Below are positions 23,501 to 34,779 of a stretch of DNA of 64,000 nucleotides, piece by piece. The notes beneath the pieces were generated by a model. That model made no database searches and was not told the DNA's origin. It worked only from the letters and a program-made list of their open reading frames with translations. Source of the stretch: Nitrospirales bacterium (GTDB lineage Bacteria > Nitrospirota > Nitrospiria > Nitrospirales > UBA8639); NCBI GenBank assembly GCA_965203295.1, contig CBDBCZ010000016.1, positions 768,001-832,000 on the forward strand, in the 5' to 3' direction. The position numbers and the translations under genes were made by a program. Position 1 is the first letter of the stretch; each line of letters begins with the position of its first letter.

Positions 23501-25471
23501 GTGAGCTGTTTAGTACGCCATGTCTTGAAGGTGCAAGAGCCGAATTTTCCACATGTAGAACGTAGTTTTGCTGTAGCCTCGTTCCCAGGCTCTACTGCCC
23601 AGCTTTTTTTTTCGCGACACAGTAAAATAAGCAAGCTAAGCAGTCTCTCTGATGGCTTATTTTACTACGTGTGAAGAAAAACTGGGCAGTAGAGCCTGAG
23701 AACGAAGATAGTTTGGTGGCAGATAAAATATTGCGTGCGTGTGATCAATCACTAGCAGTTCAATGGACTAATGTATCCAGACTTTCAAGCTTAAGTAAAT
23801 GCCAATTACGGTTGTTAAAGCATAGACTCTGTACTATTCACCAGCGCTTCCGTCATCATAGTCCTTGGTCCGTTCTGGTTGGTACGCCATTACTCTAAAA
23901 GTGCACAGTGAGTGGGCAGGTATAATTATGTGACAAATCGTCCCTTCCAGACGATTTAGCTGTATTTTTTTTTAATTTGCCTCACTGTTGTAAACATTAC
24001 TAATACCCTATATAGAGCATGCACTGCGTAAACACAGCTGTATATATAGGGGCTGTATATAATACGAATAATATGTTAATGTGCATTATTTTAGGTTAGT
24101 CCTGTGTGCTACTCTCCACCGGTTGCTGCCAAGGTACCCTGCTGATTGTAATCATGCACATTCTTGTACCTCATTATTTGTATATTCTTTCTGTGTGAAG
24201 GAGACACCAGTGAAGAGTTGCGCGACACAATTCTTCGAGGTATGTTAAATGTCATATCTGAACTGATTCCTCGAGCTGGTTTGCCTTTTTTAGTGTCTGG
24301 TCTGCCATAGCTAGGCTCCCTACACTGAATATCTCTAAGAGACACTACAAAGGAAAGCTTGTGTAAACAGTAGGCATGCTTTCCAGCACTTGGGATGAAA
24401 CTAGCCACTCTGGCTGTCCCATTCCTGACATTTATCAAGTGGATATGGCCATACAACTTCACCTCCTCAGATGGTTATAGACCTGGGTGCCTAACTGCAT
24501 GAAAACAGAGCCATGAAAGTGTGCTTCACACCCTAGTGTGTACTTGTTTATAGCTTCCTGTGTAAAAGTCATTGGCAATTATTGTAATGTGATTTTCACA
24601 TGGCTCACAGTACATGTAGGTGTGCTTCACATACGTATAATATCTATGCAGGTGCAGGAAGGAACACCATCACGTCCCTCTCCATGGGGTTTGGAAGGTC
24701 CTGAAAACCACAAGGTAGACTCGTATTATATTTATATAACATGCCCAGCAAGGGTGTCGTTGATTCATAAGCATGAAGCCCAGAGGGTTTAACATAATTT
24801 TGACTGGGTGTATCATCATTAGTGATTTAGATGGTTGCATAATTTTACATGTTCCTTTGTTGTGCAATTGCAGTTTGTTGAACATCCCTCTGCGAAAGAC
24901 AGTACTGGCAAGTGGAAGGTACAGTTGTATACGAATATATCCATATATAGCCGTGCGTTGATTGAAACTGCCGTTTACACCTTTATTTGTGCAGGAACAG
25001 AGTGGTAGGGAATGTCCGAATGACACAAAGGTACACTTTACATGTTCCTAGCTTGCATGCAATACATGTACGTGTATACCTTGTTTGTTACCATTTTGTT
25101 GACAGGCTCACCAGATCGAGTTGGTTCCTGGGTATGGAGTGTTCATTACACAAAAACAGCTTGATGAAGCCATAGCCAACAGCACTACTGCTACCAAACT
25201 CATCAGAAATTTAATTTCAGTTTATTTCGAGCCCCGTGTGCTCGCTGCTTCGAGTGCCCTGGGATCGCGCCTCAATCCAGCATTGAAAAAGGAAATCCTT
25301 GATGCTTGCTTCCGTAAGTATAATATATTGCGTAATGTTTCTCCTAACTTATACTTTGTAATGCTCACATATACAGGGTTTGTCCAGCAGCAGTACAAAG
25401 TGCCTCGTACAAACCTTGTTGATGCTGTGAACGATAAGTGCGCACAGTGTCGCAGGAAAAAGACCAAGTGA
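20561..25471 (+). CDS. CACTA-1 accessory protein with C-terminal BEN-like domain (multi-exon, several micro-exons)
   Basis: Exons about 20561-20717, 22011-22433, small exons in 24095-25030, then 25106-25313 and 25378-25471. C-terminus TATKLIRNLISVYFEPRVLAASSALG...PALKKEILDAC...AVNDKCAQCRRKK fits a BEN-domain pattern; basic, acidic and coiled-coil middle. Confidence 0.72.
20965..21300. repeat. Dispersed repeat, about 330 bp, also present at about 43028-43430
   Basis: Shared blocks such as TTTGAGTGTACTAGCAAGCCTTAG, TTGTGAAGTAGAGTGGTTAGA and GGCCACTGAAAGCCTTAGAA. Confidence 0.85.
21555..21962. repeat. Array of about 11 CCCC(C)T(A/T)GGAC-like motifs, mostly at about 32-bp spacing; probable MITE
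   Basis: Motif at about 21588, 21621, 21644, 21678, 21709, 21740, 21771, 21803, 21836, 21868 and 21902; ends in a TIR-like TGGAATAGCCC. Confidence 0.6.
23574..23710. mobile_element. Academ-type MITE in a BEN-gene intron
   Basis: TAGCCTCGTTCCCAGGCTCTACTGCCCAG / CTGGGCAGTAGAGCCTGAGAACGAAGATA; degenerate TSD. Confidence 0.7.
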
Positions 25472-28400
25472 ACAAGTGAAGTACAAGTGAACATACCATT
25501 TCAACAACCAAGTATTTACTGTAGCTGTATGTGATTTACAGCTTCTGGTTAGCCTGATTATACTCATAACTATTCTGGTATTATGTTGATATATATAAAT
25601 AAGCTTTAAGTGAGCCTCTATCACTTGTTTTTAAGTGTTAGTGAACCTATAGTTAGCTCTGTCGCTCATGTGTTGTATTCACTTCATTTTGATTCACTTC
25701 CTTTGAACATTTCATTCTGGCATTATTACATTTCATTCTGGCATTATTACTTTTAAAGTAACGCTGTACTGGCATGTTGCCAAGGTTAATTGTTGCAACC
25801 TTATTGGCAAGGTTGTTGCAACCTTGTTGGCAAGGTTGTTGCAACCTTGTTGGAAAGGTTGTTGCAACCTTGTTGGCAAGGTTGTTGCAACCTTGTTGGC
25901 AAGGTTGTTCCAACCTTGAGACAAGCTTGTTGCAACCTAGAAACTGTGTCAAATCCACGGTTGTTACATGGCTACCACAACCTAGAAACAAGGTTGCTAC
26001 AACCACCATTGGCAACCTTGTTGAATGCTTGTTACAAGGTTGAGACAACCTTGGCTTTTTCTTATGGGTAATAATGCTATAATATGCTCAGTGAATAATT
26101 GTGTAACAATTCCTGTCTGTTTACAGGTACCATTGAGAATGCACACTGTCAAGCAGTTAATGAGCCACCTACAACTACAAAGAAATATGTAACTGTAAGT
26201 GAACATGATCATGTCACAAGCTAAGTTCAACATGCATAATGAATATTTTTTTACATACCTCATAGGCCTCTGTGTCCATGACCTCCAAAGCTGACTCTCG
26301 GACGAAGTTGCTCACTGAGGATGTGTCGAATATTGGATTAGCACTAGCAGGTGGTCACTTACCATCTCTAGCTAAGGCAGTAGTGAATCATGAGCCTCTC
26401 TACGAGTTGATATTCTCACTCATTCTTGATAGGATAGATGTTGGTTGAGTGTAACACCCTCTGTCAACGTAGTGCAGTGCCACAGTCTTTGTTTCGGAAG
26501 ATCCCAGTAGCGCAGATGGGTGAATTCGATTGGAAGCGTTGCATGGATGAGCTTGCTGTAAAGTGTCAATCACTGCTGCAGATCCTTACGAAGATTGCAT
26601 GTCACAGTGACCATCGCAACAAGAAGAAGATCGATACTGTTCACTATCCGAGTATCTGCATGGCAGCTGCTGTCATCCTGAAGGAGAGGAACAGAGAGAT
26701 GTGTGGGCTGCAGTCACTAACGTCCCTTCTTTTGTTCGCATCACGTGTTGAAAAGCAGGTATGACTAGACTCTACTTATATAGCACTAACTAATTTAATT
26801 AGCACCAGGCTAGTTACTGAAATCCTCTATGCCACAAAGAGAGTGTTACCCTCATGGTTTCTCTTTTATCACTGAATATTGTATGTGTAGTCCATGATCA
26901 ACACCTTCATTTAGTGCTAAATTCCTAACCCAGATGGACATGCCATATGCACTATATACATGTATACAAATGTGCATTACGTGTTAATTGAGTTTCCAAT
27001 CCCTACTCTACTACTTCAGGTATATTCCAGGTTGAATCACATCAGCGTGTGCGTCAGCTACTCTGCGACCCTTAGACTCGTGGGAGAAGTGAGCCAACTC
27101 TTCACAATTCCTCTGCAGAAATGGATTGCTGAAGACATCATCTTTAAGTTTTGGGGTGACAATCTTGACAAAAAACGAGGAGTGCGTGACGTGCGTTCAG
27201 ATCGTCAAGGGGCGATGGTGCACATGTACAGCCTGCTTGCTGGCCGCAGCCGCACACCTGCGATTGAGCCCTCTCGTACAGGAAATGTAGCCGATTTGAC
27301 GTCCCTTCCCAGTGATTCTTTCCTGCCTAAAACAGCCGATATTCAGTGCGTCAAGAAAAACCTGGTTGTCATCGTCAGTCGCATTCTCACTCACTATATC
27401 CGTGATCTTTCCCCACTGTCCAAGTGTATTCCAAAGCACATTCTCCACAAGTACTCCAACCAAATGGCATGCAAATCAGAGGTAGTGGTGCTAGATGTAT
27501 TAATGAAGAATGAGAGCAAGCACACTGACATGCTGGATATCATGTTGAAGATGCAGGAGTACCTAGGGCCGAATTATTCTGCTGAACGCAGAGTGGCATC
27601 AGGTGGAGACCAGTTGACATGCGAGCGTCAGGTTGGTGCACAGCGGCGCATGATGGACGGAAACACCCAGGAGGAACGACTTCAATTGCTGGAACCCGTG
27701 ACGGAAGACTGGCACTGTCTGTGTGCTCTCATTAAGCCCTGTGTTGATGAATAAATAATAATATTGTAACAATATAACACAACAGTATACATGATTGTGT
27801 GTTACATTTGGGCTCCCATCTGAAACTTACCTCATTCTATCATCCTTACCTAGGTGATCTGGAGATCTCTTTACAGCCAATCTTCAAAAGATCATGGTAC
27901 GCTGGGGTACTTCAAGAGTCTACTGAATCGTATCACTGTCAAGAAGGACCCCAAGAAAGCTGTAGATGCAACTCTCGAATTCCTACGCACAGTTGTCACA
28001 GGCCATTTTCTTGCTTGTGCATGCCAACTACTGGGAATTACCGAACTTGACTCCCACGTACAGCTCCCACCTGGTATCTTGAAAAGTAGTTCGGGCCAGC
28101 AGCAAGCGTATGTGAGACGGCTTGCTACTCAAGTGGTAGAGCAATGCACATTGGTCGAGAATGCATACACAGACGAGAAGGTGATTGATGCTGGTGATCA
28201 TGTGTACAATTACACACGAGTCCTCTGCCACCTTGGATCGTTGGTACTTGAGTTTACTGATGCCTGGGCAGAGGGTGACGGTGAGCGGGTGTACCGTTGT
28301 TGGAGGCTTTTCTACCCCATTTCAAAAGTACGAATCGTACAAAGTACTCGTTGGAAGCACTGCGACTCCAGTTTCAAGTCAAAGCTATTGTGTCACCCCA

Positions 28401-29835
28401 GTTAGCACATCAGATTTTGTAGGATCGTTTTGTGAACACGAGGGGGGCTGGGACACAATATCCCCTGTGACCTATACAACGAACATGCAAATAAAATGTT
28501 AAAGCACATAATAGCGAGCATGGGGTTAAACTTGACAGAGGGGTCCCTTCAGAAAGCTGCACGCTCAGTGAGTACATTGCAGATGATCTGCAGACGTTTT
28601 GACAAGGAATCGGATGTTGCTGTCGGCACACGTTCACACTCCACTCTATCGGATTTGCAAGATGTTACCAAGGTGATCCGTGCTGTCATAAAGGAAAAGC
28701 TGCTGCAAGTCTCACCAAGAAGGGCACACAAAGCATATCATACAATTAAATTGAACCCTTTGTGTGATTGGGACAAGGAGAAAACCAAAGAATGGATTGA
28801 AAAGAAAAAACGAGATTTTTTAAAATTCCAAGGAGCTATGAGAAGGGAAGGAGAAGAAGGGGATGAATCTGATCACGATTCAGATTCTGATTCAGATTCT
28901 GATGCTTCCAATTAGGAGAGATGGATGCTCACAAACAAATTTTCAGTTCAGATGACACTCATGGGCATACATACTTACTATAATATATTCATGTTACTGC
29001 CTGTGCTCACACAATGTACCCATAGATATCGATGCTGCCAGAACCAGCTTTCACAACCTCATCTAGCAACTGATTAGAAGTTATCACGGTTTGCATGTTT
29101 GTATTTCTCCCCCCCCCCCCTCCCAATAATAAACCTCCCTTTCCCTAACAGGCTACTAGCCCTTATACAAGCTTGGAGCCAGTGAGGGGTAGGATATTAA
29201 TCGAGCCTGTTTCAGGTTAAACATGGGAGACTAACTTATGGTGTACCTTTGAACCCAGGCTTTCACTTTTTCCGCAGCCTGGGTTCCAGGCTATGTTTGA
29301 TTATGATAGAGGAGGATTGTAACAAATCTAACATCATGCAAACAGAGTGCTGTATATGTCTCTTCAAAACAGAACATATTTCTTTTCAACACATGCACAG
29401 ATATCACAGCACTTAGATGGTTCTCTTCCAGGTTTGGCGCACATAGGTTCGAAATGAACCAATAGCCATTTACGTCTACGTACAGTTGTGTTCTCCAGGT
29501 ACCTCCTGACACAAGCTACTTCATTGTCTCTGGTACTGATCAGCTCTTTGCGCAATGGGCAATCGATTGGCTTCCAGTATACAATGGAACATGCATGGTC
29601 ACCAGAACGCCCTCCTCTCCCACTCTCTTGAAAATAGTCATCGATACTCTGTGGGGCTCCATAATGGATTACGGTGTTGACATTTCGGAGATTAACACCC
29701 ATCCCTAGGGCAACAGTGGCAAAAACTATCCTAACCACACCATCAGGCTGTGTCATGCTCTTCAAGACAACGTCTTTGTTGTGCTGCGGTGTTGTTGCAT
29801 GGAACATTGCGAACAACCGATTATCGCTGACTTGT

Positions 29836-30171
29836 ACCATAGTTGTAAGTCACTTGAAAGGCACCGCCCTAGTGTACAAACCCCATGTACTTAGGCGGTG
29901 CCTTTCAAGCCAGGGTACATCTATGTACCCTAGGGTACATGAGGGTTGCTGGGCAACTGTGGCTTCTTCTCAAAACTGTGAAACAATTAGCAGGCACTAT
30001 AAAAGCTACTATGGCACAAGTCATCTGTACCATGGGTTTCTAAGGTGTATGGGATTTGTACCCTCGTGCAGTTGTATGTCTTCCCTCGGGCTTCGCCCTC
30101 GGGAAGGCATACAACTGCCCTCGGGTACAAATCCCATACACCTTGAAACCCATGGTACAAATATAACTTGT
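29836..30171. mobile_element. Crypton-like non-autonomous hairpin element
   Basis: 6-bp direct repeat ACTTGT (29830-29835 / 30166-30171); about 75-bp-arm hairpin centred on CCCTCGGGCTTCGCCCTCGGG; removing it restores the helicase reading. Confidence 0.65.
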
Positions 30172-30634
30172 TCAGATCCCGCTGGAAAGTATGAGCCACT
30201 GCCAAGCTCATAGTGGAAGTGGGCGTAAAGATCTGCACATGTGTTTAGTGATCGACAGAACACATTCACTCGTGGGGTATTAGCTTTGTGGTTTTTTAAG
30301 GAGTCAAGTAAAGGCTGCATATCTGTCTCAATGTCTGTGCGCACATGGACCTCATAAAAAATGTTAGGTCGATCAGGTGATATACTCACAAATTCACATC
30401 CAACCATCTTTAGACTCTTCACCACCTCTTCACGAATACTTCTGGTAACTGTGGCTGTGCATGCAAGGTATGGTGTATCGCTAGGGACCAGGGCTCTGAT
30501 CTCATGGAGACGACCATAGGCCTGACGGAAATCCCTGCTCCTGTGGAAGAAATTGATTTGATTCAATGATTATTAAGGTACGTAAGAGGTTGTAGATATT
30601 TCCTTGTACCCTGGGAAACATTCCTATGTACTTG

Positions 30635-33170
30635 CAGGGTTTCATCTACTGGGGGGGGCAGGGGGGAAGCTTCCCCCCCAAACAATCTAGCTTCCCCCCC
30701 AAAGACTACATGTCATTGTGTATCATTACATCATAGGAAATACCATTCAATTGTGCAACACATCTGCACAGTACACAAAACCAAACACACACACAATATT
30801 AACTTATACAATAATTCTTCGCGGTCTCTGGTCTTTCCAGTGATCCAGTATAGCTTCCAGTTCGTTGTCGCTCAGCCTATCGGGCCCTTCGATGCAGATA
30901 CGCATGACTTGATCCAGGGTGTTCTCTCCGAGCCTGCTTCTTAGCCTGGTCTTCACAAGCTTCATATCACTAAAGCTTCTCTCTACTGTTGCTGTCGTGA
31001 CTGGTAAAACTAACTGAAGTGATGCCAAACATGCAAGGTTCGGAAAGGCAGCATTCAGGGTAGTATTCGTCAGCAGCTTACTAGTAACGTCTTGCAGACC
31101 AGTGGTGGTGTTATCACTCGATTCACGTTCAGAATCAGGTCTGTTCCTGAATTGGGTGAATATTACCCGCCGAAAGATTTTCCACTCACTTTCTGTCCCT
31201 TCTGTGTCTATATCAGGTGTGGAAATTCCTGTCTCACCCTCAAACGTCACTCGCTGCTCACTGCCATAGAAGTTCGTTAAAGTCTGAAGGTTCTCTGTGC
31301 CATATGTAGACAGACAATCTTCTGAGCTTGGCGAATGACGTGGATCGAATAGAGAGAATGCCGAAAACGTATCAGAGGCCTTCAGCCTGCTGGAGATGTG
31401 GTCAATGACACCTTGGATGTATGGGCGGTAAACTGTCCTGACGAAGGTTTCCTGATCAGTGACTGAAATTTCTGAGTTTTCAAGCTCTGCATACACGCCT
31501 GTGTGGTCCTTAAACCAAGTGCTGGACATTGGGCTCTCCTTCAACTCCCTGAGCCTTGAAATAGTACTCTCTACCATAACTGGCACAGCTGCAAGATCGA
31601 TTTGCTTAGACTGAAGGCTACCTTGCAGCTTAGCAACTGTGTGAAGAACATCACAAAGCATATAAAGGCATGCCACAAATTTGTATGTACGCAGCAGCTT
31701 AGCCAGACCGTATGCCTCAGCATCACCATTCCTTCATAAAGGTCGCTGAAGGTACGAATCAAGGCTGGTAGTGACTTTCGGACAGCACGAACACATCGCT
31801 CACGTGCCAGCCATCGTGTGTCACTAGGCTTGTGAATTTTCAACTCGGGTGCATCAAGTACTGCCTGAATCTCCACAAGCTTTTCAGCTTTTTTTGGTGA
31901 GTAGTGGAAAGTTTTCCAAATGGTAAGAAGTGTCCCCAAAACTCTTTGGACTTCACGGTGCTCATTAGCAGCATGAACTGCTGCCAGCTGTAGCTGATGG
32001 CATCGACAATGAACAAACAAAGCACTTGGAGCATGACGTCTCATTCGTATCTGCACTCCACTTTTGTTCCCTGACATTGTGTTCGTTCCATCAAATCCCA
32101 GCCCACGCAGTTTTTGAATGGGAATGCCTTTGTCGTGAAGAAACTGGAGTAGGTAGCGTGTGAGTGCCTCTGCATTAACCTCATGTGCATGGATGATGCC
32201 TAAAAAGTGCTCGACCGGCTTTCCACTCTCAAGCCATCTACCACAAACTGATAGCTCTTCTTTGGAAGATACATCAGTGCTTTCGTCAGCCATTATAGAA
32301 ATAAATTGACTAGACTTCAAGCGAGCAAGGAGAGCTTCTTCAATACAGTGGCTGATACTACTCAGAAGCTCAGTTGTTGTGGCCTTAGAGACGTATGTTG
32401 CATTGGATGGGCATGTACGTTGGTGTGCTTCCAGTTGTTCACTCCCATTATCAATTTGAAGCAAAATTAAGTCCTCAAATGTTGTTGTGTGTGGGATACG
32501 GTGCTTCACTAGGAAGTAGAGAGACCTTGTTAATTTCTTCATCAATTCACGATTTCTTTTCCGTTCAACTTCAGTGGCAGCAAGCATTCTTTCCACAACG
32601 TCCCCTCTCCTTTTTGCAGATTCTGCCAGTACTTGTGCCTCTACAGATGCCAAATGCCAGTCTGATTTTTCATGCTTATTGAGGAGCTCTGTTGCTTTTA
32701 CCCAGTTATTGATAGGACGAGTAGTCCATGCACCACATGCCACTACCGGTGGCTTGCCGTACTTCTTGCAAAACGTGCAAAACATGCCATTTTCGTGTTC
32801 GTCATACTCCATCCAACGCCACTTTGCCTTCCAGTCAGGATTGTACTTCAAATTGGTCTTGTACAGTTTCATTTTTTTGTTTGATTTCCCTGCGTTGATA
32901 GTCGCGGTCGCTTAGCAGCCGGTGCGGAGGGCTCACGATGATCCTGGTCATCCTCAGAGCCTACATCAGCTTCAGCAGGAACACGAGACTTCCTAATCAC
33001 AAATTTATCCATTCTAGGCTAGCTTAAACAACTTTAACAGCCGCTGCCATGCGTGATGAGCACTAATTAGAATGGCACAGTAGGCCACGCCTCTTCCGCG
33101 GAATTAAAGAATTGTGCGCGGTTCTTTCCACTGCTTCCCCCCCAAACATTTTTTTCTAGATGAAACCCTG
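30635..33170 (-). mobile_element. hAT element with 5-bp TSD (hAT5-type), 2.5 kb
   Basis: TIR CAGGGTTTCATCTA / TAGATGAAACCCTG; TSD ACTTG (30630-30634 / 33171-33175). Confidence 0.88.
30804..33012 (-). pseudogene. hAT transposase (ZNF862-like), two frameshifts
   Basis: MFCTFC zinc finger, MADESTD, GFDGTNTM, HCRCHQLQL, DTRWL, TATVERSFS. Frameshifts near 32875 (A-run) and about 31725. Confidence 0.9.
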
Positions 33171-34067
33171 ACTTGTAAGGCTTATGTAGCCACAACCAAG
33201 TCTCTATTGCAACAGTGCTGGTCCTATAGCTATTTAATGCACACCCATGGATCTAAAGTTTGGATATCATGTATATACATGTAGAGGGATTCCCACGAAA
33301 CAAACAAACAAGCTACAAATCAGGCTTTTTCATATTTTTTTCAAACTTGTGTTTTGTTTGTTTGAGGGGGGGGCAGACTCACCGTTTAGAAACACAGTGG
33401 ACTTCATCTACAACCACAGCAACAATCCTGTCATAGATGGTAGACTTTTCAAGTGCATCTCTCCACTTAGAACCCACAAGCGCCTCCGGGGCACAGAATA
33501 GAACGCTACACTTCGCCAGATCGTCTTCGCTAGCAACCAGCGCCTTCGGCACGCCCCCTCCAGAGGAAACGACAGAAGCACTTACTCCTGCAGCCCTCAA
33601 GTTGGCAACTTGGTCGACCATCAGAGAGATGAGAGGCGAAACTACCAAAACTACACTGTGACTGTCACCATCAACGCGCCCCAACTTAAAGTCAAACACA
33701 AACGGAAGTGTAGTATAACAGATAGACTTCCCAAAACCTGTTGGTAGCCAGAGAAAAACGTCCTTTCCGTCGTAGACAGCCTTAATAGAGGCTCTTTGCT
33801 CTGGCTTTAGGGTCAACGAAGGGCAACCAACACGCTCGAGAGCGTACGAAATCGCGAGGTCAAACTCATTCGCCATTTGGCATCGTAAACTAATACTTAC
33901 CAATAACCGCAAAGTATGCGAGCGTGACGTATTCATCACATGGAGATGTTCGTTAGTGACACGGTTTTCCAAGATATTTTGGAAATTAACGCGCATGTGC
34001 AAACAGTGGACACCAGGCTCTCTTTTCAACCTTTTCCCGGAGCCTGGGTTCCAGGCTAGCGAAGGCC

Positions 34068-34735
34068 AAACCGGGGAAAAAGACACCGCATTCCAAAGAG
34101 TTTGATCGTGTGCACGCTTACTCATGTGATCTGATGAGCCTTGGACTCCTCCTAATGGAATTTGGTGATGCTGTCCGAGAAGGGGATGGTACACGCATCC
34201 TTTGTTGCTGGCGCTAATTCCTACTTCTTTTTAAAGCTTCTGACCATACCAATTATTCTATTGAGTCGTTCACTCTCCTAGCCCAATACGAGTACTTGTT
34301 GAGCCCAAGGATGGCCATGCAATTGAAGTGGAGTCGGATGGTGAATGTACATGGCCGCCCAGGAAAGAATATTGCAGCAGACTTACACATGGAACATTTG
34401 AATCGAGAGTGTAAGAGCAGCCTGAGTGGTTTGGGAGCCAACATCACCGACCACTCTGTGCTAAATGTATCGGTAGAATGCAGAGCATACTCCATCAGTA
34501 CGATCAGGTGAATGGAGTCCGTGAAGTTTCTGGCCACCATACAAGACACTCAGCATCGGCGGACCGTGACAAAATTCTGAAACAACTGCAAGAGTCCAAA
34601 GTTTTCGACTATAAGCCTGGACGCAAACATAAAAACTTCCCATGGTTTTCAACCAACTTAGTTGAGAAGCTGTCGCGCTGTGAGCTAAAGGAGTGGATGC
34701 AAGATCGCATGCAAAAGCTGATTGTCTATCATTGA
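34068..34735 (+). pseudogene. AcademH-A transposase, 3' part
   Basis: Continues in frame after TSD removal: KPGKK...DAVREGDGTRILCCWR*...TNYSIE...NIAADLHMEHLNRECK. One stop and one frameshift. Confidence 0.88.
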
Positions 34736-34779
34736 TGGCATAATATATTCATGATGGCATTGGTTGGTTATAATGATTA

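Larger units (their letters stand above)
15255..26068 (-). mobile_element. CACTA/EnSpm-superfamily element 1 (10.8 kb) with two divergent genes
   Basis: Termini CCCATACAAAA / TTTTCTTATGGG; TA TSD (15253-15254 / 26069-26070); ACAACCTTG subterminal arrays at 15270-15510 and 25775-26055. Confidence 0.9.
14579..28915 (+). pseudogene. AcademH-B transposase (exons about 14579-14989, 15074-15170, 26128-26188, 26266-26758, 27020-27735, 27854-28915)
   Basis: CRLC...CWKC N-terminus, WGDNLDK, GGDQLTCER, EDWH, WAEGDGERV, IPCDLYNEH. Frameshifts near 26440 and 28320, stop near 28420. CACTA-1 lies in an intron. Confidence 0.85.
29364..33876 (-). pseudogene. AcademH-B RecQ-like SF2 helicase (exon 33876-33383; exon 30540-29364 split by an insertion)
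   Basis: PTGFGKS, DEVH, CTATVT, ATVALGMGVN, QESGRGGR, CCDIC. hAT5 element in the intron; 336-bp insertion between ...AGSEQV and SDNRLFAMFH. Confidence 0.9.
14396..34058 (+). mobile_element. AcademH DNA transposon B (about 6.0 kb net), inserted in the transposase of AcademH-A
   Basis: About 70-bp TIR TAGCCTGGAACCCAGGCTCCGGGAAAAGGTTGAAAAGAGAGCCTGGTGTCCACTGTTTGC; perfect 9-bp TSD GCGAAGGCC (14387-14395 / 34059-34067). Confidence 0.93.

Noticed and set aside
25653..26071. Repetitive ORFs (LLQPCWQG...), also at 15335-15688
   Set aside because: Translations of CACTA subterminal repeats.
29250..29293. Extra copy of the AcademH-B right terminus (AGCCTGGGTTCCAGGCTA) as the true end of B
   Set aside because: Not followed by the GCGAAGGCC TSD; it is a short degenerate hairpin between the convergent genes.
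30804..33012. Host ZNF862-like gene
   Set aside because: Bounded by TIRs and a TSD, intronless and frameshifted; it is a transposon copy.
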